In this document: one piece after another, positions 34,713 to 46,496 of the stretch
Layout: the number at the start of each line of letters is the position of its first letter
How positions within the stretch are numbered: the stretch's first letter is position 1
Source: Narcine bancroftii
Taxonomy: Eukaryota
Direction of reading: 5' to 3'
NCBI RefSeq assembly: GCF_036971445.1
Contig: NC_091472.1
Location: 204,538,001-204,602,000, forward strand
Length of the DNA stretch: 64,000 nt
Translations under genes and position numbers: made by a program
Notes under the pieces: model-generated
Seen by the model: the letters and a program-made list of their open reading frames with translations, nothing else
Told to the model about the DNA's origin: nothing
The model's database searches: none

Positions 34713-36925
34713 CTGCCTCGCCGGCGAGTGGTGTCGCAGACCAGATCTGCCTCGCCGGGGAGTGGTGTCATTGACCAGATCTGCCTCGTTGGGGAGTGAG
34801 GTCACTGACCAGATCTGCCTCGCCGGGGAGTGGTGTCACTGACCAGATCTGCCTCGTTGGGGAGTGAGGTCATTGACCAGATCTGCCTCGTTGGGGAGTG
34901 AGGTCACTGACCAGATCTGCCTCGCCGGGGAGTGGTGTCACTGACCAGATCTGCCTCGTTGGGGAGTGAGGTCATTGACCAGATCTGCCTCGTTGGGGAG
35001 TGAGGTCACTGACCAGATCTGCCTCGCCGGGGAGTGGTGTCACTGACCAGATCTGCCTCGGCGGGGAGTGGTGTCACTGACCAGATCTGCCTCGCCGGGG
35101 AGTGGTGTCACTGACCAGATCTGCCTCGCCGGGGAGTGGTGTCACTGACCAGATCTGCCTCGCCGGGGAGTGGTGTCACTGACCAGATCTGCCTCGCCGG
35201 GGAGTGGTGTCACTGACCAGATCTGCCTCGCCGGGGAGTGGTGTCACTGACCAGATCTGCCTCGCCGGGGAGTGGTGTCACTGACCAGATCTGCCTCGCC
35301 AGCGAGTGGTGTCACCGACCAGATCTGCCTCGCCGGGGAGTGGTGTCACTGACCAGATCTGCCTCGTTGGGGAGTGAGGTCATTGACCAGATCTGCCTCA
35401 TTGGGCAGTGAGGTCACTGACCAGATCTGCCTCGCCGGGGAGTGGTGTCACTGACCAGATCTGCCTCGCCGGGGAGTGGTGTCACTGACCAGATCTGCCT
35501 CGTCGGGGAGTGGTGTCACTGACCAGATCTGCCTCGCCGGGGAGTGGTGTCACTGACCAGATCTGCCTCGCCGGGGAGTGGTGTCACTGACCAGATCTGC
35601 CTCGCCGGGGAGTGGTGTCACTGACCAGATCTGCCTCGCCGGGGAGTGGTGTCACTGACCAGATCTGCCTCGTTGGGGAGTGAGGTCATTGACCAGATCT
35701 GCCTCGTTGGGGAGTGAGGTCACTGACCAGATCTGCCTCGCCGGGGAGTGGTGTCACTGACCAGATCTGCCTCGTTGGGGAGTGAGGTCATTGACCAGAT
35801 CTGCCTCGTTGGGGAGTGAGGTCACTGACCAGATCTGCCTCGCCGGGGAGTGGTGTCACTGACCAGATCTGCCTCGGCGGGGAGTGGTGTCACTGACCAG
35901 ATCTGCCTCGCCGGGGAGTGGTGTCACTGACCAGATCTGCCTCGCCGGGGAGTGGTGTCACTGACCAGATCTGCCTCGCCGGGGAGTGGTGTCACTGACC
36001 AGATCTGCCTCGCCGGGGAGTGGTGTCACTGACCAGATCTGCCTCGCCGGGGAGTGGTGTCACTGACCAGATCTGCCTCGCCGGGGAGTGGTGTCACTGA
36101 CCAGATCTGCCTCGCCAGCGAGTGGTGTCACCGACCAGATCTGCCTCGCCGGGGAGTGGTGTCACTGACCAGATCTGCCTCGTTGGGGAGTGAGGTCATT
36201 GACCAGATCTGCCTCATTGGGCAGTGAGGTCACTGACCAGATCTGCCTCGCCGGGGAGTGGTGTCACTGACCAGATCTGCCTCGCCGGGGAGTGGTGTCA
36301 CTGACCAGATCTGCCTCGTCGGGGAGTGGTGTCACTGACCAGATCTGCCTCGCCGGGGAGTGGTGTCACTGACCAGATCTGCCTCGCCGGGGAGTGGTGT
36401 CACTGACCAGATCTGCCTCGCCGGGGAGTGGTGTCACTGACCAGATCTGCCTCGCCGGGGAGTGGTGTCACTGACCAGATCTGCCTCGCCAGCGAGTGGT
36501 GTCACCGACCAGATCTGCATCGCCGGGGAGTGGTGTCACCGACCAGATCTGCCTCTCCGGGGAGTGGTTCACTGACCAGATCTGCCTCGCCAGCGAGTGG
36601 TGTCACCGACCAGATCTGCCTCGTTGGGGAGTGAGGTCACTGACCAGATCTGCCTCGCCGGGGAGTGGTGTCACTGACCAGATCTGCCTCGTTGGGGAGT
36701 GAGGTCACTGACCAGATCTGCCTCGTTGGGGAGTGGGGTCACTGACCAGATCTGCCTCGTTGGGGAGTGGGGTCACTGACCAGATCTGCCTCGCCGGGGA
36801 GTGGTGTCACTGACCAGATCTGCCTCGTTGGGGAGTGAGGTCACTGACCAGATCTGCCTCGTTGGGGAGTGGGGTCACTGACCAGATCTGCCTCATTGGG
36901 GAGTGGGGTCACTGACCAGATCTTC
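34713..36925. repeat. 34-bp minisatellite, ~65 copies, consensus CTGACCAGATCTGCCTCGCCGGGGAGTGGTGTCA
   Basis: Period measured between CTGACCAG at 35043 and 35077; BglII site in each unit; several monomer variants. Confidence 0.98.
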
Positions 36926-39900
36926 CCAGTTGGGGGGAAAAAAAGAATCATGGCTGATCTTTGTTCTAGACAGTGGATATCGAGGGCCACGTGGTTCAGT
37001 GATTTTGTTTAAATTTCGAGAGACAGAGCGAGAACAGACCTCTTCGGTCTCCGAGTCCATGACGCCCAATTTACCCCAACTGACCTACAAACCCCGGTAC
37101 GTTTCGGGGGGAGGGGTAGGAAGAAATCGGAGCCCCCGGGGAAACCCCAGGCAGACACCTGGTTAGGCCTCCTGGGACCCGGATGAGATTACCGGGGCAA
37201 AGCACCTTTTAAATTGCAGAGGGATTGACCCATTACATCGCCAAGCCAGCGATTTAAGGGGAAACCCGCCCCCGCAATGACGCGACACGTAATCACCGGA
37301 AGTACTGCCGGATGTTCGGATGGTGGCTGCCCGGTGACGCACGCACGCAAACACTGACATCCCTGGAATAAGCAGCCCGGCCATTTTCCTGTTCAGATCG
37401 CCTGTGCACGCGACCTAGGTGGGGTTCTGACTACCTCTGAGGTTGGTCAGGATCCCTGTTGGGTTCCGACAGGGTTGACCCACCCCCCACCTTTGACAAG
37501 GCAGTGTGGCAGCGCACATTGATACGCAGGCAAACTGGCCCCAGGTGTCAGGGCCGTGATGGCGGGGCAGTTGCGTTCAGATGGCACCATCGGTTTTGGG
37601 AGCTGCCTCGTGGCCTGAGCCACAGCGCGCGCTTTTCGGCAGCGTGGTGAGATCAATGACGACATGGGGCGGGGCTTGCGCCTGACCTGAAAGGCGCGCG
37701 CAGACATTTGAATAAAAGCCGTTGAAACGGAAACGCACCCCGTCCCGCTACGTTGGTGACCCCGATGAGTCCAGACGGTTTTGGCCTCTCGATCATGGAC
37801 ACGGCAACAGTCCAACGGCCGCCCCCCGCCCGCCCACATGGTTCAGGCAGATAACCTCAGACTCAACGATGTTTTACCACGTGGTCAGCGCCCTCGACTA
37901 GGAAACGGCTACCAGAGTGGACGACCTGATCCACGAACCACCCGAAGAGGGTAAATGCCCCCAGTTCCTCAGCACGTTTGGCCTGTCCAGATGGCAGCGC
38001 ACCGCCAGGCTCATGCACCTGATTGGCTTAGGAGACAGATCGCGTCTGCCCTCATGGAGGAGATGCTTGTTCGAGCAGGCATTCCTAGAGCAGATACCAG
38101 ATGATATCCAGCTTCTATTGGCCGATTAAGACTTCTATGACCCACGCAAGATCGCAGCACAAGCAGGCATCCTATGACTCACAAAGTCGGAAAATGAGGC
38201 TGCCATGAGTTAGGTGACCTGCCCCGGACCCAGCACCAGCACTGGGGAGCCCAGACATGCAAGTGCAGGCACCTCGGCTCTTTCCATGGAAACAACCAGG
38301 CCAGCCGCCATTGATAGCTGCGACGGCTGGCCACACCAGACCGTTACCCCAACCCCCACATCCAGGACTTTACCACCAACCTGCACGACGTGAGGGTCTT
38401 TTCAAAGGACTACCATCAGATCCCATACACCCCGATGACATCGGCAAGACAGCCATCATCACCCTGTTCGGCCTGTTTGAATTCCTGCAATTGCCCTTCG
38501 GCCTCAAGAATGTGGCGTAAACATTCCAGCGACTGATGGACACAGTGGGCAAGAATTGGAACTTTGCATTCATGTATCTCGACGACATCCTCATCACCAG
38601 CCAAGATCATGATGAGCGCAAAGGCCCACCTCCGCACACTGTTTGCCTGCCTGGCAGAACTCGGCCTTGCTGTCAATGTGGCCAAATGCCAGTTCGGCAA
38701 GGATTCCGTGAAATTCTTGAGCCACACCATCACGGCAGACAGAGCCGCCCCATCGGCAGAGAAGGTCGAAGCAATCTGCCACTTCTCCCAACCCGACAGC
38801 CTCAAAGGCCTGCAGGAATTCACAGAAATGGTTAACTTTTATAATCGACTCATCCCAGGGACAGCCCGCATCATACGACCACCAAAAACTAGACCCTAGC
38901 GTGGATGGAGGAGGCCGAAATGGCTTTCATCGCTACAAACGACGCCCTGGCAAGTCCCACCCTACTGGCACACCCATGGTCCCACGCCTACACCACCCTC
39001 TCTGTGGACGCAGACGCATACTGGAGCAATCGGTGGAAGGTCAGTGGAGACCCGCGACATTCTTCAGCCAGCACCTGCCCCCCCACCGAACTCAAATATA
39101 ACACCTTTACCTGGCAATCAGACACTTCTGGTACTTCTTGGAGGTGGGCCTTTCACGGACTTCAAAGACCACATGCCCCTAACCGAAGCCCTAGCCATGC
39201 TAAGGACCACTGGTCAGCCCGCCAGCAAAGACATCTCTGACTTCACTATGAACATCCGGCACTTAGCGGGCAAAGAGAATGTCATGGCGAACGCTCTCTC
39301 ATGACCCATGATCCACACATTAGCCCCCGGCCTTGATTATGCTCAACTCTCACAGGCGCAAAAGGAGGATTAGCGAGATGCAGGCATTCCACACTGCCAT
39401 CACCAGCCTCTGCCTCGAAGACCTCAAGCGGTCAGACAGCTCTGACATGCAGCTATGCGACATCTCCACTGGCACACTGCATCCGGTTTGTGCCACAACA
39501 GTGGAGGCAGCAAGCTTTCAAAATGGTCCATGACCTGGCACACCTGTCTATCAAAACCTCGATGTGCATAGTGGTGGACCAATTTGTGTGGCATGGCTTC
39601 AAGAAGTAGGTTGCTCAGATGGCAGACAACTGCACCCAATGCCAGACCTCCAAAGTCCACTTCCATGTAAAGACCCCGGTGCAGCATTTCAACCCCCCCC
39701 CCCGGTGAAGTGTTTTGAGCACATCCACATAGACATTGTGGGCCCCCTGCCGATGTCCAGGAATGCTTGTTACCTGCTTACGGTGGTTGACCGCATGACG
39801 AGGTGGCCAGAAGCTATTCCCCTCAAAGTCACTTCTGAGTCCTGCACCAGGATGGTGCTTGCCCATTGGATCACGAGGTTCGGAGTTCCAGCACACATGA

Positions 39901-40993
39901 GCAGCGACAGCGGCGCCCAGTTTACATCTGCCCTCGAGACACAACTCGCCACCCTCCTGGGAATAAACCTGCATCATACCACCCCCAGCCCAATGGGCTC
40001 TGGAGCACTTCCACTGCCACCTCAAATTAGGTGTGGCTAGATGGTCCAACCTGGACGGATGAGCTCCCTGGGTCCTGTTGGGTATCAGGATGGCCCCCAA
40101 GGAGGATCTGCAACCATCCTCCACGGAACTGGTTTACGGTTGTAAGGTAAAAACATCATGAGATGGGACTGGAGAAGGAGTCACCCAGTACTAAGGAGTA
40201 ACAGAATGCAGATGTGACCTTGTACACTCAAGATAAGCTTTGCACTAACAAGAATGATGTGCAGCAGACTAACAGAGACGGGTAGCAACAGTTTATTCAT
40301 TGGACAATGTAATGGTATGATAATTTACTAAGTACGTATCCTGAGGTATAAAAAAAACACCACTTGCTGATAACGGCAGAATGCGCCTTCTCCAACTAAC
40401 ACTGTTAGTTGCAAGTGTTACAATCCGGTAATAAAGAACAAAGAACCTTGATTTCGACTCAGTCTGGTGTCTGACTCACTCATTCATGAACAAAGCAGAC
40501 CTAACAATTTGGTGACCCCGACGTGATGGGTGAGTGGACACTGGACGACGGTTTCTGTTTTTCTTGACAATCATCTCAGCCGGCTGATAAAAAGGTCCAG
40601 AGAAGCCTGTTTTAACAAAATTCTCTCTTTTAAAATCTTTATGATTATCAGTAAGAACTGGAGATCGGACAAATTAGACGACCATAATTGAAGGTCGTCA
40701 CCTGCCGGGATTGTATCACGTAAGTGGTTAAAGAGAGAAGAAAAGTCCTTAAGGTGGTTGAATGACATTTGATAAGTGCTTCGCCGACAAACAACTAGAG
40801 TTTAAAAAGTCTTTATTGTGTCGTTGCAAAGTCCAATAGAGTGAGAAGGTGGTCTATGAACAATTGGGGACCTGAGTTTTCTGTCCTAAACTGGTTATTA
40901 AGAGGAGAAATCTCCCACCTGAAGGTTGGGCTTTGAAAGAAAACGAAGGTTCAGGCTTATTGGTCTCAATTGTATAAAAAGACTCACTTATAA

Positions 40994-41356
40994 ATGTCCG
41001 GTAGGTATGATAATGTTTGTACACTTGAAAACTTAAGAATTTATTTCCCCAATTTGCCGTGGTGGAATACCACAGCGGACATTAGAGACCTTGAGACGAC
41101 AAAAAGAGTACTCAGGGACGCCTGCCTGGTGAACAAGGACGACGACGAAAGGCTGCAAAAGCTGTGTCCGGATCAGGTAGGAGATATCAATGAAAAAGTT
41201 GACAGAATCTTAAGAGACACCCGGTTTATTCGAAGTATTTTTGATAAGTTAAATGAGGGTATTCCCAGCATCACCAAGGAGATAAAGTTACGTAAATTCA
41301 TAGATTGGTACAGGGAAACTGGACAAAAATATAGCCCAAAAAATTTGGTTTCCTAG
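40994..41356 (+). CDS. ERV leader ORF of unknown function (120 aa)
   Basis: Uninterrupted ATG-initiated ORF between PBS and gag; globular, helical-looking composition. Confidence 0.5.
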   Translation: MSGRYDNVCTLENLRIYFPNLPWWNTTADIRDLETTKRVLRDACLVNKDDDERLQKLCPDQVGDINEKVDRILRDTRFIRSIFDKLNEGIPSITKEIKLRKFIDWYRETGQKYSPKNLVS

Positions 41357-42397
41357 TTGTAATTTAACTTTCAGACCTCTTTGGGAAAACAGAGAGTGGA
41401 AGACGAGCAATCAGAGTATACAGGACAGTCTGAGGTCCACTGGAGGACCAGACTTAGAGACTGTTTCACTAAAAATTTTTTTTGTCATCTGGCCTGCAAA
41501 GAGACATTTTTTAAAAGCGATTTTCGTTAACATAGATCCCCTAAACGGACAAGAACCTAAATTAAAAGAGGCATTAGGAAGCGACCCTGCAGCAATGGCT
41601 GCACAATTGTCTGCTAAGACCTTTGACCGAGTTATTAGGGAAATTAATCAGGAGTTAGGGAAGCGAAATATCAGTAATGTGGCATTGGAGAAACAAAAAA
41701 TTCTCTGAAAATGTGTAGATCGCTGGAGGAAGATGGGGTGGTTACCCGGGAGCGCTGAGATGTTCCTGACAGGTGAGGGAAACAAAATTCTAAAGCGTAG
41801 GGTCTTAGATAAGCTGGAAGAAACAAAACACAGAAGGGAAAGGAAAATTGCCTGTTTCCAGTTTCCAGCCACGAAGTGTCCGGGTTTGCTCTCTCCCTCC
41901 CTCCTTTCACCCTCCCCCCTCTCTCTTCTCTCCCCCTCTCTCTCTTCTCCCCCCCTCCTCTCTCACCCACTCCCCCTCCCAATCCCAATCTGTGGCGGTG
42001 CTGCCCTGAAATCCCCAGGTGGGGCAGGGCAGAGAAATACAATTTGGTTTTAATTTTGTGCCCACAATTCCAGCTCCGCATCAAATGGGATCCTGTTTTA
42101 TCCTCTCTCCCTCCCTCTTTCCCGCACCCCCACCATTGTGGGATCAGGGCAGACATTGTGGGCTGACGTGTAGCTCACTCGAGGTGGGAGGGAAGGAAGG
42201 AGTGATGGTTCCCAGTGGTGGGAGACCCAATCTGATCCAGACCAGTGATCACAAGATGAGAACCTTTTAAAGGTGTAACCATGAAACGAAAGTGTTAATC
42301 TGAAGACTTTTCTCCCAGTGGGGCCAGTGCAAGGCATTTTCTCTCTCTATCTCTCGTGCTCTGTGTATCTGCCTCTCTATCTCTTTCTCTAGCTATG

Positions 42398-42436
<39 letters not shown>

Positions 42437-42557
42437 TCTCTGGATGTGTGATGTCATGTATGTACTCTGACAATAAATCATTTATAAGTGAGTCTTATAC
42501 AATTATACAAACAGGACATAGAAAGGAAAATCTTTAATCGAGAGTGCACAAAAAAAG

Positions 42558-43841
42558 ATGAGAGACAAGGAGATGCAGTACCGCGATGTCCTAGCTATAT
42601 TCGAAGAATTTGGTCTCCCTGATAACCCACCTATTATGGCCCCTGTAGAAATAGCTTGTAGACCCCCGCCCTATGCATATGTGGAGTCACAAGGTACCCC
42701 TGACACCCCAGACGGGACCCAGGAGTCACGTCCCTTGTATCCAGATATTGAAACACTGGGACATGACAGGAACATTGGGAATAGGGACATGTCAGACAAG
42801 GTACAGGCCCCTTTACTAAAAATAGAAGGGGGAGTAATAGATGTCGAGACCCCCGCGGGATCCAAGAAAATAGAAAAAGACTTAGAGACGCAGAAAAGGA
42901 ACATGAAAAAGGTTCAGGATAACGTTAAAAACTTAAACAAAGATGTGATTGTGCTGGGGCAGACCAGCAAGGAACAAAAAGAATTAATGGTAGATGTATT
43001 GAAAGAAATGGAAAAGATAACTCCAACACTGTCAGCAGAACTCCAAGCTGGAGGAACAGTAATAGGAATAAAGGACGAAAAGTGTAGTACAGATGAGGAA
43101 ACGAGATATGACCCACCATGGGAGAAAAGTAGCATTAAAGAACTCAGGAGGGAGAAGAGTAGACATGCCCGCCTGGACATAGTTAGGACAAAAGAGAAAG
43201 ACGTGAAGCCACTAGACTCTAACCGAAAAAATTATCTTAGAGACGAGCGTGAACGATATACCTTTGACTCTGAGACATCAGAACCTGACGGGGACAGTGA
43301 CAGTAGTGACGAAGAGGTGTCTGAACAGGGTGGAATAAATACATGTATTCCAAGAGTAAAAAAGGAACAGAAATCCCCAAAATTGAGATATCAATGCCCA
43401 TTGCTGATCACGGGGCAGGGAAATCAAAAATATGTACCCTGGTCACGAATGGACTTAGAGAGTCTAATGAAAAAACTTCCTCCATTGAGTAATGGGGCTG
43501 GTTCATGGATCTCTTGTTTTGAGCGAGAAACTTGTCAAGAACAATTAGCACTCGCAGATGTCAGAACTATCATGATAAAAATAAAGGCAGAAGGGGCCCT
43601 GAAGCAAATAGAGAGAATCCTTAGAAGTAGTAAATTGGGGGATGAAATAGAATTTGACCCACTTCGAAATAGATTTTGGGAAGCACTTAGAGAAACATTC
43701 CCTACACCCTATAGTTTGGACGCCTTGGGTACCCTCCAACTAAAAGAAGGGAAGACAGAAATGATACATTGTCCATTTATCTTTGTGGGTAAGGAGGGAA
43801 TAGCTGCTATGGTTGTCATGACAGAAGAACAAATGGAGTAG
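42558..43841 (+). pseudogene. gag: ERV gag (late domains, coiled coil, capsid N-terminal part) fused by deletion to a pol-region remnant
   Basis: PPPY and LYPDI late-domain motifs; CPLL....Q.YVPWS..DL..L...LPPL..GA..WI..FE capsid signature; matrix-like segment upstream at ~41590-41860. Confidence 0.85.
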
Positions 43842-44132
43842 TTCTGCTTAGGAGTAGAAAGTGTGCCACATGTAACCTTGGGAATTGCCAAAGATCACCA
43901 CACCTGACAGTTGGGTCCGATGGTGAAGGAAGCGATGGGGTGTGAATACAGGCAGACAGAAATCCTGGGATATTCCACTTCGGAGGGAGGGAAATTTATC
44001 AGACTGAATATTGAAGCATGGGACCGGGTAATGAATGAGAAAGTAGAAAGAGACCGACCCATAAAAGGAGAAAATATTGATCACGGGGACTCAGACAAAT
44101 ATCTTTCTGATCTGAGTCCACAAATGTGGACA

Positions 44133-44676
44133 ATGCCGAGGGCCCTATGGGCATTCCTGTTGGTGGGTTGCCAAACAAGCCAACAGAGTAGTTCGGATCC
44201 ATGCGGGGCCAAAGTTATTCTGAAGATAGATAAAGACAAGGATAGCACCTTCCAGTTCGATCTATGCTGCACTTCTATCTCTAATAACACAGGGCAGATG
44301 GGTCACTCACTAAGGGGCTGACAAAACTTAAGCATTGGCGAAGGAATTAAAAGCCCAATCTGGAGTCTCTAAACCTGTTTTGTCCTGGTTACATGGAGTG
44401 TTTGGGAAATGGGGCACAATGTTGGGACAACTTTTCCTAGGATTGTTCATTTCTGTATCCATTTTTATCACTTGTGGCTGTTGTTGTATTCCATGCATTC
44501 GAATGCTGGTCACGAGGACCATTGAGAGAGCCTTTGCCAACCGCGATGATCTGCCTCCGAAATATCAAGCTCTACAAGCTACGGAGCGGGACTTTCTCAC
44601 GTCACAGGAGGCGTCAAATATTGCTGAGATCGATCCGGAGTCTGATGGAGAATGTGACGAGGAGGAGGGATTATAA
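44133..44676 (+). pseudogene. env: ERV env remnant: signal peptide/SU start joined to the TM C-terminus
   Basis: MPRALWAFLLVG..FQFDLC|C.SISNNT..DGSLTK (frameshifts)..ELKAQSG....W....FGKW..TM..CGCCCIPCIR. Confidence 0.85.
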
Positions 44677-46496
44677 AATAGATTGTAGCACGAATGTTAA
44701 CTTTTATCTTAACTAATTACTAATGCTTAGAAGGGATAGCTAGTTATTTGCTTGGGGGAAAACGGGGAGAAAACTTGTAAACGGGCAATGGGATCGGGGA
44801 AACGGATGGGGCGTATACGCTAAAGAGGGTTGGGGGGAGCCCTCGCCCACCAGCCAAAAAAACTCCATGAACAGAACCCGTATAGAGCTTGGCAATAGTA
44901 GGCGAACTAATGTAACGTGGTGGTAGCGTAGTCAGGGCAAGATTGTCCTCTAAAGAGGACAAAGGAGGGATTGTAAGGTAAAAACATCATGAGATGGGAC
45001 TGGAGAAGGAGTCGCCCAGTACTAAGGAGTAACAGAATGCAGATGTGACCTTGTACACTCAAGATAAGCTTTGCACTAACAAGAATGATGTGCAGCAGAC
45101 TAACAGAGAAGGGTAGCAACAGTTTATTCATTGGACAATGTAATGGTATGATAATTTACTAAGTACGTATCCTGAGGTATAAAAAAAACACCACTTGCTG
45201 ATAACGGCAGAATGCGCCTTCTCCAACTAACACTGTTAGTTGCAAGTGTTACAATCCGGTAATAAAGAACAAAGAACCTTGATTTCGACTCAGTCTGGTG
45301 TCTGACTCACTCATTCATGAACAAAGCAGACCTAACACGGTCCACCCCTTTCCCTACAGGTAAGTTTCTCTGCCCGGGCACAGACTCAGAAACAGGTCAA
45401 TGGACACTATTAATGGACTTGCGTTGGCCCCCCCCCCCCCCCACCACAGCATCCAGCCAGATTGATTCCCTAAGGATTTAGACACGACAGACTTTGTGTG
45501 TGTTTGACGAGGCCCACACCCAGCCCCACTCCAATGTCCCTACAAAGGACCTTACAAAGCCCTGAAATGAGCAGGCAAGACATTCACCCTAGACACTGGG
45601 GGCAGAGAAGAACTGTTGACGGCAGACAGGCTGAAAGCGGCACACTTAGACCCAGGCCAACCAGTGGTTACGGCTCAGTCCAAAAGACGTGGATGGCTGT
45701 CCAATGCGGCGAGACACTGGGGGTGGGGGTTGTGTGGCAGTGCACATTGATATGCAGATGAACCGGCCCCACGTTTCACGGCCGCTATAGCGGGGCAGCT
45801 GCTTTAAGATGGTGCCGTCGGGTGTGGGGAGTGCCTCATGGCCTCAGCAACAGCCCGCACTTTTCGGCAGTGTGGTGACGTCAATGTCGACGCGGGGTGG
45901 GGCTTGTGGCTGCCCTTGGAGGTGCACACGGACATTCAAATAGTCAGTTGGAACTGAAACTCACACGGACATGTGGTTTTCTTTCAATTACAGTTTGAAA
46001 GGGCCTATGGCGAGATTGTACCAAATCCTTACAGAGTTTGAACCTGGGTCGCCGGCAAGGTCACGGCGTTGCACTAACCCTTATGCTAACCGTGCCGCCA
46101 AGGAGATGATGGGTAGATTCCACTCTGGTTGCATGACTGTTCAGCCTGGCTGCACAGATAGTGAGCATTTAATTTTTGAAGAACTTAAGAGAGAGAGAGA
46201 GAAAGACATTTTCTTCAATAAGGAGACAAGCATGTCTGAAGCAAACAATTACATGGATCAATGCCTTTCTTAATGGAGATGATTCCCACCTCGCTCCAAC
46301 CCTTGCATCCATTCTGGAGGACGCTTCTGCCCATCTGTCTCTTCAGTTACATCAAAGTATCTATTTCTTTTCAATGAGAAATGAAATGTGTGCTGTGTCA
46401 TCAGTCTTATAACAACCATTTTTCATATTTTTAAAATCCCAGGGAAGACCCCTCACTTAGCTGCTCTAAATAAAGGCAATCAGATGTATCTTGAAA

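Larger units (their letters stand above)
40141..45337 (+). mobile_element. Young, internally deleted endogenous retrovirus (class I/epsilon-like), 5.2 kb
   Basis: Two 366-bp LTRs (40141-40506, 44972-45337) with 2 mismatches by eye; 4-bp TSD CGGT; 18-nt tRNA-Trp PBS TGGTGACCCCGACGTGAT at 40510; PPT 44952-44970; gag and env remnants; PR, IN and nearly all of RT missing. Confidence 0.95.
37505..45965 (+). mobile_element. Degenerate CsRN1/Kabuki-type Gypsy element, interrupted by an ERV
   Basis: Diverged LTRs starting TGTGGCAG at 37505 and 45733; tRNA-Trp PBS TGGTGACCCCGA at 37754; gag FYHVVSALD; RT HPDDIGKTAIITLFGLFEF..PFGLKN, YLDD; IN FEHIHIDIVGPLP, DRMTRWPEAIP; G-rich PPT ~45718. Confidence 0.88.

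Noticed and set aside
36428-36702. Repetitive ORFs in the satellite
   Set aside because: Artefacts of the 34-bp repeat with non-ATG starts
34713-36925. CRISPR-like array
   Set aside because: Head-to-tail 34-bp units with no unique spacers, no cas genes, vertebrate context; it is a minisatellite
43839-43841. Programmed gag-pol amber readthrough site
   Set aside because: The TAG lies inside the CNPase-like remnant after a deletion junction, and a second stop follows; more likely decay
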